Source of the DNA: Marsupella aquatica
Lineage: Eukaryota > Plantae > Marchantiophyta
NCBI GenBank assembly: GCA_973895155.1
Contig: OZ316891.1
Location: forward strand, 399,558 to 463,557
Direction of reading: 5' to 3'
Length of the DNA stretch: 64,000 nucleotides
Translations under genes and position numbers: made by a program
Notes under the pieces: generated by a model
The model's database searches: none
What the model was told of the DNA's origin: nothing
What the model saw: the letters and a program-made list of their open reading frames with translations, nothing else
Part shown: one piece after another, positions 1-11,761 of the stretch
How positions within the stretch are numbered: the stretch's first letter is position 1
Layout: every line of letters starts with the position of its first letter

Positions 1-217
1 AGATTTTGAGTAGTTAGTCACTCGAGGAGTTCCACCCGATAAGTTAGAGGTAACGGCCCGCCGTAGGGCCAGCTACCAGACGCTTGCGGGCAAGCTTACT
101 CGAGGGCACCTATTGTAAACTTTGTGAGAAAAGTAAAAAATATAAAGGAGTGAGAGTTTGCTCCGAAAAGTGTTTGTCATCTGTCCTGATCGCAGCCAAA
201 AGCATGTAGTTTTCCCG
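1..217. repeat. Inverted copy of part of the small-element LTR (reverse complement of ~1091-1307)
   Basis: 1-217 reads as the reverse complement of 1091-1307 with scattered mismatches; it continues off the left edge. Confidence 0.9.
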
Positions 218-237
218 ATGGACTTTAATGGACTTTA

Positions 238-1836
238 AGACAACCGGCAACTCTCAATGAGCCGAGGCTCAAGTCTTAAGTAGCATCAGAAACCCAACCA
301 TCCAGCCTGAGCCAGCTCCCATCAACGAGGCTCATCCAAACTCCAAGCGTGGTGACTCACCCAAACACCAAACCTGGTGACGATGAGTCACCCAATCACC
401 ACACCTCAATCCATCCAACCAAGCAGCCTCTCCGAGTCAGCATGCATGCAACCCAACCGGGAAGCCTCGTCCATCATCCCCTATAAAGGCCATTCCTGAG
501 CCGAAATCATTCGGCACGACATCCTCCCCCAGTAAACCTAAGCAGCCTCCGGTCTGCTCCAATCCTTCTCTTGAACTCCCTTAGGAGCTCTTGCGGCCCC
601 TTCAGCTTCTTGTTCCTGTCATTCACCCAATCCAAGAAGGTAGCCTACGTGACCCGATCAGCATCCTCAGCTTGGAACTCCTCTTTCATCTTCTGGTCGA
701 AATCATCCCAGCCCTCAGCTGACTCAACGATGGTTCGCACCATCGAACTCAACTCCTTCTCAACCAGCACCATGAACTCTTTCACGGCTGTCCCTTCGTC
801 CAACTTGTAGACAGCTGCCTCTGTCAGGTAAGACTTAAGGTAGCTTGTCACATTTCTCCCATCGAACTGCCCATTCTCCTTCAAAACCTCTTGGAGACAT
901 CGAGTAGTTCTATTCGCTTCTCTATTCGCCCTTTCCGACTCAAGCTCTTCCTTCCTTATGGTTCTCATCATCGACATGACGATGCTCGATATCCGCTTGA
1001 CTTCGTCATAGTCACCCATCTCATCCAACCGCCCCAAGGAATCCCCAGTATGGTCGCCAATGTCACGTGGACTTTAAGTTAGGGGCTCCTCGGGCAAACT
1101 ACACGCTTCTGGCTGCAATCAGGATAGGTGACAAGCACTTTTCGGAGCGAACTCTCACTCCTTTATATTTTTTACTTTTCTCACAAAGTTTACAATAGGT
1201 GCCCTCCAGTAAGCTTGCCCGCAAGAGTTTGGTAGCTGGCCCTACGGCGGGCCGCTACCTCTAACTTATCGGGTGGAACTCCTCGAGTGACTAACTACTC
1301 AAAATCTGACGGAAAAACTATCCTCCTTAGTTCACAAAACCAAAACTCGACTAGCTACTCCACTAGTCTAAAACAACTCGCACGGAACTCGGGCCTGGAC
1401 CAACGAGGCTCCAGACTCGAGAAACTCCCCGCCTGGATCAAAAACTCCTTGCCTGGATCGAAAACTCACTTGGAACTCCAAAACCGACGCACAACAGCCG
1501 AGTCCCGCAGAACGGAGCGAAACTCAAAGAACATAATTCAACCAACCTGAATAGACAACCGGCAACTCTCAATGAGCCGAGGCTCAAGTCTTAAGTAGCA
1601 TCAGAAACCCAACCATCCAGCCTGAGCCAGCTCCCATCAGCGAGGCTCATCCAAACTCCAAGTCTGGTGACTCACCCAAACACCAAACCTGGTGACGACG
1701 AGTCACCCAATCACCACACCTCAATCCATCCAACCAAGCAGTCCCTCCGAGTTAGCATGCATGCAACCCAACCGGGAAGCCTCGTCCATCATCCCCTATA
1801 AAGGCCATTCCTGAGCCGAAATCATTCGGCACGACA
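238..1836 (-). mobile_element. Small non-autonomous LTR retrotransposon (LTR 776 bp, internal region only 539 bp), inserted in the giant-LTR ORF
   Basis: 5' LTR 1061-1836 with TGTC...GACA ends. PBS TGGCGACCATACTGGGGA follows it on the minus strand (about 1042-1059). PPT GGGGGAGGA at 522-530. The partial 3' LTR 238-521 is a direct repeat of about 1553-1836. The host ORF resumes at 1837 (ACGGG, probable TSD). Confidence 0.85.
645..1037 (-). pseudogene. Truncated gag-like N-terminal fragment of the small LTR element
   Basis: The ORF starts just after the PBS and has FDGRNVTSYL...WDDFDQKMKEEF, resembling retrotransposon gag. The frame continues past a TAG and then hits the PPT. Confidence 0.65.
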
Positions 1837-4591
1837 ACGGGAGGAGGATGCATGCTTTACGGCCATGCAGACCAAGAAGTACCAAGGCTTCATGGCCGGA
1901 TCCGGCTTGGAAGCCTTCGTAAGATTACCCTGGCTGAAGCCGGAGGTGTCGGACTCAGACTTGTTAGAATTTGTGGGATCATGGGAACCCGAGACCAATT
2001 CCACGAGGGTGTATGGAAAGGATTTCTATCTCACTCCCCGGGTGATTGCTGAGGTGTTTGGCTTGCCGATGGGTAATTAGACCAAGGTTGATACCAGGAA
2101 GACCTTACCTGACAAGGAGTTTCGGTCGTTTCCAGGACCATCAACGAAGAATGGCTTCTTCCGGAACACCTGCACCAACCCACACATCGGAGAGATGATT
2201 GATTTCTTGCGAGTGACCATGCACTGTAACTTGCCGAGGGCAGAGATCGGCAAGGCTCAGGTCTACCTGGCAGAAAGGCCAGACCCAAGCCGGGATTACA
2301 ACGGGTACCTCCTCAACCAACTGAAGAAGATCTTGAAGGAGGAACAGCAGGTGATCGGCATGGGAAGCGAGTCCCGGCTTGGCTATCACATGCCGCTGTT
2401 GTGCCGGTATGCCAGAAGTCAAATCTTTGCCCCAGTACTTCGCCTATCGGCAAGGGCACCAGAGGAGGTCCCAGAGCAGAGGCCGGCACCAGAGAAGCCC
2501 AACCAGCCCGACAGTCCGACGATCAAGCAGGTGTTTAGGCCAAGGGAAGAAGACTTGCCGATGCAGCAACCAGGCATGCAAAATCTGCTGAAATTGCTGG
2601 AGAAGGAAAGGAGAACGGCAACGGCAACGGCAATGACACCGATACAGGATGCTGCCCCAGAAGTTGACCTAAGCCGACTCAGAAGGGAAGACCCCTTTAC
2701 CGGAACCAAGGAGAGATTGAGGCCGGAACACAAGCCGGGAGTGCGAATGTACGTGGGAGCCTCAAGCCCCGAATCTGAGGCAGAGGAGCCGGGAGTCCAA
2801 GTAGTGGAGGAGGCGGTGGAGGACTACAGCAATGATAACTCCGACTATGGGTCGGATCATCATGTTCCAGGAGTAAGGACCTGTGGCCGATTTATCCCCA
2901 CACTTCCAAGAGTAGTTCGAGGGGACCCCACCTAGCAGAGTAACCCTGAGTCGCCCCCACCAGAGGTTTCTCCCCCAAGCTTTGACGGCATAAAGCAGAC
3001 GGCACAAGAATTTTAGGAGCAACTTAGGGAGGAAGAGAGAGCAGCTCTGGCTAGGGAGAGGGATTTACCAGGAGGAGATTGGCCGGAGGACATCAAGCGG
3101 CTTGCCGAGAAAAGAAGCAACCCTCTTGCCACTGTAGAAGAAATCCGCAAGACGGCTTGGGAGCAGAGACCGCGGTGGTTGATGCCGATGACTTCTAGTT
3201 ACTCCACCTATGCTAAGGATAGAGCCATGGAGTATGGGGAGATGTGTGGGGACCTGGCGCTCAGCATCTTTGGGGAGGAGTTGGAGCAGGGACCCTTTTT
3301 CCAGAGGGAGATGTTGGAAAAGCACCAATTAGAAGAAGCGGTGGCTTTGGAGAGAAGCAAGAAGGACGAGGTCATCCGACGGCTTAGGGAGAAGGAAGCC
3401 GAGATGGAAGACCTGTAGGCGACCAAGAAAGCCCAAGATGAGTTGCGGATTAAGTGGCATGAGCTAAACATCATGCAGGGGCAGTTGGATACCGCTCAGT
3501 CTGACAATCAGATTATCAAAGATAAACTGACTCGGACCCAAGGAGAGTTGGTCGGCGCAATCAAGGAGAGAGAGAAATGGAAGCGGGAGCTAAGGGATGC
3601 AGAGGAAGCCCACTTAGCAACCAACAATCGGGCCATGGCGGAGAACCAGAGAAGGGAGAGGGCATTGAAAGGAGAGCTCGAAGATATCCGCAGAGCCCTT
3701 GAGCAGAAGGAAGCAGAGTTAGGGAAATCCTATCAAGGGATTATTGCGCTGCAACAAGAGCTTGCGTCCCTGACGGCCAGCTTCAAGGCCGACCTGCGTG
3801 AAAAGGATGACCAGCTCGACCAGACTTATGCCAAGATGAATAAGATGGAGTCTGTGGTCGTCGCAGAGCTCGACAGGGAGCTAAGAGCAACCCAAAAGGA
3901 GAGGGCTACCTTGAAAAAAGAATTGGAGGAAGCCAATAAGAAGCTGGAGGAGGCGCGCAAGGACCTGGACGAGACCCAGGAGGAGTTGGAGGAAATCACG
4001 AGGAAGATGGAGAACCTACAACGACGGGCCGACAACCAAACGGAGCGGCTGAAGACACAAGCCGCAGTATTTAAATGCTTGGCTTCATCAGGTCCAACTC
4101 CAATTGGGGGAACCCAATTACCAGGGGTAGTATTGGCCGAAGGACAAGCCGTAACACTCACCCTGGTGCTGGAGGTAAGTGGCAAGGGGAAGGAACCGGC
4201 TGTCGAAATAGGGAAGAAGAAGAAGCGGAAACCTTCTAGGTCTGGGAGTTATACAGCTTCTCAAGCCATTGTGACCAAGAAGATAAACCCGGCACCATCC
4301 TTCGGCATCGGCACGGTGGTGGATCCACCAGTCCTAGGAAGTGGAGATGGCAAGGCCGAAGTCGGGAGAACCAGTAATGCTGCCGAGGTACCAGAACATG
4401 TCGTGACAGAGGTCGTAGCCGTGGCAGAGGCCGTGACCGATGCTGAGGCCGAAGCCGAGGGTGGACCCAGTCAGGCCGATGAAGAGTTGACTCAGTCAGG
4501 GGCAGGTAATCTGTCAGAGGACGGACCAACAGCAGTGGTTGCGGAGGAAGCGTTGGGGGCGTCCATTGAGGACCAGCCACCGGTGTCGTGA
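1837..4591 (+). pseudogene. Degraded copy of the LTR-encoded accessory ORF
   Basis: ORF pieces 1865-2080, 2195-2935, 3179-3418 and 3443-4591 share one frame and match the 1121-aa LTR protein, separated by in-frame TAG stops. Confidence 0.9.
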
Positions 4592-5730
4592 CAGTGTAAG
4601 GGCGCCGTCCCTTTTAGGGAGGGCAGACGTGGAGGTAGGAGGCGTGAGTGGGCAGGGCGGGCGCTGATCTCCAAGTTTAGACTTAGGATCAGGATCAGGA
4701 GACGGCCCTGACACTTAGATTAGTGGGATTTTGGATCCACGGGTGTGGACGACACTTGTGCTCCTGCCTCACTGTACTTAGGTAGATTACAGTTAGGTAG
4801 ATTACAGTAGGTAGATTAGGCTTACGCTGCAAGGAATCAGGCGGATCCACAACCAGGATAAGTACCTGGGCTGCGGGGAGTTCAAGGCCTCTTCTTTAGC
4901 AAGTTTTTAGTTGCACCAGCAGGGCTGGGATCAAGTAGTAAGAGAAGCTCTCGGTTAGTTATACAGTGACCCTTGTATATATTCATGTTTCCTCATACTT
5001 AAGAACTGAATAGAGTTGGCCTCACGGCTTAGTTCGCAGAGCTTGTGTATGAGATGTACTGTTTGTATGGCAAGTGCATGGTATAACTCATTCAGAAGGA
5101 GTCATTTTGCTATTTGTGTGTCGCATTAACTTGTGTGAAGAGTGCCCACATCTACTAATAGAGGAATAGAAGTAAGCAGGGGAGAGTGAGAGTTGGATGT
5201 GTCGAGCTGAGAGAGGTCTTAGCGGCTTAACTAAGCCAATTGGGGATCATTCCGGCGGCGGAATCCAAACATACCTAATGGACTTTCTCTCTTATGTGTG
5301 AAGACAGTGGAGATCGGGCACTACTAGGAGCAATTCAGTAAAAACGTTGGTACTATCTTGGTGGCTTGCGCTGTGGGGTACCTCACTAGGATCCTTGAGG
5401 AGTACATAGTGCTCCTCCCGGATCGTGGTGATGCATTACATAAGGGCTGGGACAGAGCGACGGAATTGGTTCGTGAGGGGTTCTTTGCGTAAGCAAGGCG
5501 TGTATCTGGGATTACGCTGCTACTGAGTGACACAACTCGGAGTAAGTAAGTCGTGGGTCTGGGAGTGCGCTGCTACTGGGTGCCGCAACGGTTGGTGCCT
5601 GGGATCTGAGCAAGTAAGTCCTCCATATTACATGTGTGGTTCGGGAAGAATCGAACAATCGATACTCAGGTAAGGATCGGGACTGATCAAGTGTGAATTC
5701 CGTTAGGATTAGGAGTAATCGTGTTGAGAA

Positions 5731-7791
5731 ATGGACTACTATGGACCTAGAGAAGGTGGGCAGCGTTATACGAATGATCGTGGCAGAATTGCTGGTGCAT
5801 GGGGCTCGCGTTTTGGTTCTACGGGGGCGGATTGGCAGGGAGGTTGTGTTGGTGGTAGGGGCGGCCACACGTCGATGAGGGGTGGAGGGAGCGTTGATGC
5901 CAATAGACAGCAGTATTCTCCCCAGGATGCACGCACTGGATACACTGCGGATGGCAATGGTATTGTTGAACCTCGACCTGAAACCTTTCACTTGGCTCAG
6001 CGGCAATGGGAAGCGGAGCAAAATTCACAGCAGCAATGGGCTGCGCAGCACACTGCTCTGAATTCACGACCAACAGATTTTGGAGCTGGCCGGAGCTTGA
6101 GCAAAAATTCTGGGAGGCAGATCGGCACAACGGGTGGAGTTGCTAAAGAGAGGCAACGATAGGGTGCGTCTGGTACTGGGAAGGTAAACGTAGATGCGGA
6201 GATGCTTGAGGAGGAAGAACCTGAGGAAACATCAGAGGAGTGCATTCGGATCCTTAAAGAAATTGGTGAGCATTCCAAAGATGATTGGCACGAGAAGCTA
6301 TATACCACAGTTGAATGGAGCCTGGATGAAGCAGCTAGTAATGCTAGGAAGTTATACAACTGTGCTATTCTATGCTTCTTCACAGACAGAACTCCTTTGC
6401 TCCCGGTTTTTCGAGAGTGGGTTGAGGAAATGATGGTGCAAGAGATGAATTGGCAGGTTCTGCAAGTTAAGTACGTAGGAAAGAATTTCTACTTGGTAGT
6501 ATTTGCACAGCCTGATCATCGGGACGCAGCGTTGGAGTATGCACCGTGGTTCATGGAACGCAGGTTTGTCTATACCTTTGCGTGGGATCCCTCGTTTGAC
6601 ATCAAGAATGAATCATACACTAAATTGCCGGTTTGGATTGAGATTCCATACAGAGCATTAGTACTTGAAGGATGCAGGAGGAAGATTGCAGAATCCTTTG
6701 GACAGTTGCTGTATTACATTCAGGGGGATGAGTTCAGCTCCTACCCGCATGATAGGGCCTGCATTCTATGGGACACTGAAAGGGAGATCCCGGCTAGCGC
6801 TCGGATTAGAATTAGAGATGACATCATAACATGGCAGCCTGTTACATTTAGGAACATCCCGTATCATTGCTTTAAATGCAACCTTAAAGGTCATCTAGCT
6901 AGAGACTGTGTCATGGGAAGCACGGAAGTAGAGAATGAAGCTCCCGGATTATATAAGAAGACTTTGGACCCGGCGGCTGCCCCTTATCGGGCGGCTGAAG
7001 TGGCAACAGATCCTCCTTCAGCGGCAGCTGAGGTACGTATTGATGGTCTTCAGCATAAGCCTGGTATGGTCCCAGTTGATACTGGAGTGGAAGCAGACAT
7101 ATTGCAGATGGAAAATATTCTGCTGCAGGCTAGTGGTACACAAGGAGGAAATATTGGGGCTACACCTGTGACTGTCGAAGATCAGAATGGTAGCAGGCCG
7201 TCTGGGGTTTTCAGGCTGGGGGTCGGACCCTCCTTTCCTGTGGACCCTGGGGATGCTGGTGTGCAGCTAGACACTTTGGCGCTTGACGAGAGGGGGACAA
7301 GGGCCAATGGTGAAGGAGTTGACGGGGGAAGGAGCTTGGGGGAATCTAGGCCTGACACTTTGCTGCAGTCGGGGACTGTTGGTGCTGATGACTACTCATT
7401 TCATGGGGATACTGACATGGAGCTCTCAAAGTACGAAGAATACATATCACGAAGTCAAACTAAACTTAGAGCAAGGAAACAAGAGCTGAGAACCCCCCCA
7501 AATCGCAAATTGGAAAAAGATAAGATGGAAGGGAAAAAACAGCGCTCCTTAAGCTTCTCACATGAGCCGTTGTTGGTTGCAGAGGGAAGTGGACCGGGAG
7601 GTGTTGCTGCTGCCACTGAGGAGGCTGGGGAGATAGCGGAACATACGGGTGGGTCTGCCAAGCGCTTGACTCCACTGGTTGCTTCTTCTCCTGTGGGGAC
7701 TCGGAGCCTGGGTAACCCGGAACTGGGGGTCACTCCCCCGGCTGAAAGAATTGGCAGGGTGGCCTCACCTGGGGCTCGTCCTCGTATCTAG
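5731..7791 (+). pseudogene. LINE ORF1 (DUF4283-like + CCHC zinc knuckle), one premature stop at 6160-6162
   Basis: 5731-6162 and 6202-7791 are in the same frame. Motifs: ALEYAPWFM...WDPSF, LPVWIEIP, CFKCNLKGHLARDC. Confidence 0.85.
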
Positions 7792-7840
7792 GTGTGGGGG
7801 ATCGCTAGATCCTCGGGCTTACCTCTGTTGGATAGCCTGA

Positions 7841-10800
7841 ATGGATAGCCCGTGGAAAATCGCCTCTTGGAATGTGTGCGGGCTGTGTGAGCCCAATAGG
7901 AAACATGTGATCAAAAACTGGGCCGTGGCATTAAGGCCCCCTCTGGATATATTTGCATTACAAGAAGTGAAGTCAGAACAGTTCAGATTGGACATTGCCC
8001 TACGTACTATTCTACCACTGTATCAACACTTCTCTGCGGCCCCGGATGGGGGACGTGGGGGGTCAGCCCTGCTCATACAACCCTTGCTTAAAGTGATTAG
8101 ACCTGGTGCACTTGAGCTTGGGAGAGCGGTATGGGTGATTATAGAGCATACTAGTGGTATGATTGGAGTGGTAAGTGTGTATGCCCCCAACTTTGCAAGA
8201 CAACGGGCTCTGTTATGGCATGAACTCAAGGTAGAACTGCCACAAGCGAACTGGATTTTGTGCGGTGATTTCAACATAACTGAATCTAGGATGGATTCAT
8301 CGAGCGGATCCTCCTTACTGAAGGGACGGGAGGCAGAATTTTGGCATTTTTTACAAGTGCGATTGGATCTTATTGATGTCTATAACCTGGGCTGCACAGT
8401 GATAGGATCAAGATACACATGGAGACTTGTCCGGCATGCAAACCTCACACAGTCTAGACTGGACAGGTTTTACCTTAGTGGTCTTGGAGGTTGGATTGCT
8501 GGCACAGTGGAGCTAACTCATGATGGGGGCTCGTCACTGTCGGACCATGATCCCATTGTGGCTGTTTTGCGCTTTCAGATTGAGGAGAGGGATTTGGAAA
8601 GAGGTAAGTCCCACTTTTTTAAAGCTAACCCTTACGTACTCCGGGATCCGAAGAATATTGAGCAATTGGAGGCTGCCTGGCGGGCGGGGGGGGGTGGGCG
8701 AGGTGAACCCTCACTTGCGTTTCTCTCGTGCATGTCAGAGACTACGAAAAAATATACGGAGTTGCAATCCGCACCGAGACAGTCTGAGGAGGAGTTGAAC
8801 TTTCTGAGAGATAAAGTGAGAATACTTAAGACTACTATTGTAGATGAATGCTCACTGGATGAACTGACAGAGTTTCTGCAATGGGAGGACATGCTTCACG
8901 TAGCTGAAGTTGAGACGGCGCACCAGGCGAGACGGTTAGCCAGAATTCGGTGGCTGGGAGAAGGGGAGGAATCAACTAAATTTTACTTTGCCACAGTCAA
9001 GGCTAAAAGAGAGAGAGAAGCTATGAGGATGCTAGTAAAGGAGGATGGATCGGTACTTACAGATTTCAAGGACATCATTGGGGAAGTAGAGCAACAATGT
9101 GAGGCGCTTTACTCTCCTGGGCAACCATCTGAGGAGGAGCTACTAGAAAGCAGGTGCAATAGGGATAAGCTATTGCGGAGTACTAAATCGGCATTCACGG
9201 CGGCGGAGATACACAGGATGGAGGCACTTCCTACGATCTCCGAGGTGAAAGAGGTGTTGTGGCTTCTCCCGGAGGACAAGGCCCCTGGGACGGATGGGCT
9301 CACGGCTGAGGTTTACAGAGCCTGTTGGGAGTTCATGAAGGATAATATGGTGGCAATGATACAGGATTTCTGGCTCACAGGCGAGTTGGCTGCTGAGATC
9401 AAGGATGGCCTGATAAAGCTGATACCAAAAAAACCTGATAAAAGATACTTGAAGGACTGGCGCCCTCTGACGATGCTTAACACTAGCTACAAAATCCTGG
9501 CCAAAGTGATCGCTCTACGAATTAAGCACCTGCTATGTAACCTGATCAATCCTCAGCAGACCGGGTTTATCTCGGGTAGACATATCTTAGAGAATATTTC
9601 GCTTGCTTGGCTTACAAGTGACTGGGTTCAGAATTGCAGGAAGGGAACATTATTCCTAAAACTTGACTTTGAGAAAGCATTCGACAGGGTTAACCACGAG
9701 TATCTCTGGGAGTCTATGTTGCTGCTGGGATTTAGTGGTAGGATTGTGAACATAGTTAAAGCCTTGTTCTCTAATGCCAGCTCTCGAGTACTAGTCAATG
9801 GCTTTCTTAGCAAATATTTTTTGATGTGTTGGGGGGTGAGGCAGGGATGTCCTCTCTCCCCTCTTCTATTTGTGATTTCTACCCAACCTCTCATGGATTT
9901 CTTGGATGCTGAGCTTGCGGCTGGTCGACTTGCTGGTATCCAGGTTTCAGATGTGCTTACAGTGTGCTACAGATTGTTTGCTGATGATGTGGGGATGTTC
10001 ATCCCTGCAATAGAGGAAGCGTTTAGGGATGCTACTACGGCTCTGTCATGTTATGAAAGTGCATCTGGTGCTAGGCTGAACTTACGAAAATCTGTTATCA
10101 TCCCACTTGCTTTGGACCTAATTCCAGACTGGCTCAAGGCTACAGGCTGCAAGATTAGTGAGCAAGGTGAAGTGCAGAAGTATCTGGGTGCTCCATTTGG
10201 TATTGGACTCTTAGTGGGTAATTTACATCGCTTCTGCCTGGATAAGGTTGCTACACGCTTGTCCTCTTGGTCAAATAAATTGCTGTCCTTCACAGGTCGG
10301 ACGTTGCTGGTGAAACATGTGCTCATGGCAATACCGATATATCACATAATGTATATGAAGGCCTCGGAAGGGCTGGCAAAGAAACTGATTGCGCTGTGCA
10401 GGGATTTTCTATGGGGTTATAATCCTGAGGGCGGGAAGAAGATTCCGCTGGTGGCATGGGACAAGATGGCTCGCCCTAAGGTGGATGGCGGACTAGGGTT
10501 TCGTGACTTTAGAAGTCACTCTGATGCGTTACTTACTCAGTGGTTTATGAAGGCCTTGGACTATCCCAACACGGAATGGGCTGGCATGCTTGCTGCTAAT
10601 CTGAGTCTTATTGGATGGCTGAATTTCAGGGTGATTAGGCGAAATCACTACACATTTGCAGATAAGCTGCTTTTATGTACTCCAAGATCTTGCTGCGGGC
10701 TGACATACACTTGGGGAATCTGGAAGGCCTAGGAGGCTTTGAGAGCAAATCTTTCCTTTGTCCCAGGGACTGCGGGCTTTCCTGGGAGATGGAGTATACA

Positions 10801-11761
10801 GGACGCATTACGCTGTACACAGGGCTTTAATACTTGGCCTTCGGCACACACAGAGTTCACTATGGAAATCTGTGGGAGGCTTGGGATACGGGTGATTGCC
10901 GACTGCTAGAATGCTGAGGCGCACCAATGGAAGGACTTTTCTGGCAGATGGTGTTTGCTTCGAGGGTGGGCGTTGGCTCACAGGGACAGATGCCATCAGT
11001 TTCTACTTGTGATTGGCAGGGGACGCTGCTGCAATGGTGGGCTGGTGCCGGGTGCTCGTTGTTGGCGTTGGCTTGAGATGGGGGTTCCACTGAAGAGGTT
11101 CACAATTCCTAACAAACACGCGTACCAACTTCTAAGACCTAAGGGCTCGGACTACCAAAGATGGAACAGAATTTGGCTCACCAACTGGACGGAGGAGGTA
11201 TGGGGTAAGAGATGGCGCGCTCTGTGGGGTTCGGACCTGTCCACTAGAGGAAAAACCTTTCTATGGCGAATCATTGCTGGTGGCCTGTTTACGGGAGCAA
11301 GGGCCCTTACTATTGGTGCAAGTGATGGTATCTGTCGGCTATGCCCTGGGAGGCTTGAAAGTATTCCTCATCTGTTCGTCCAATGTGTGCATGCTGCTGA
11401 GTGCTGGAGACTATGCTGTGACTGCTGCCTGGGAGTTATGTTTGCACCTGGGCAGGATCTTCTGGACAAGGTGGTGGCCTCATTTGGTCGCAGTCCATTG
11501 AGGGTGGCTCGTCTATTCCTACTATTTCAAATTGTGTGGATGATTTGGCTGGGACGTAACACACAGATGTTCAAGGAACTTGGGCGCAGATCCTTTGATG
11601 TAAGATTGGTTCTTTCTGAGACGGTTTCGCACCTGCATGGGGCCTCTCTATGCTTCCCGTCAGGCAGTAAACACATTCGGTTTCTTAGGGCTAAAGAATT
11701 AATTGAAATGGAACGGAGGCGCTGGTTGGTGCGTAGAGATGGACATGTGACTTCGGGCTGA
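7841..11761 (+). pseudogene. LINE ORF2: APE endonuclease + reverse transcriptase + C-terminal zinc-binding domain, disrupted after 10732
   Basis: EN motifs SWNVCG, LQEVK, GDFN, SDHDP. RT motifs KAPGTDG, WRPLTMLN, LDFEKAFDRV, GVRQGCPLSP, FADD. C-terminal CRLC...ESIPHLFVQC in 10955-11761. Confidence 0.93.
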
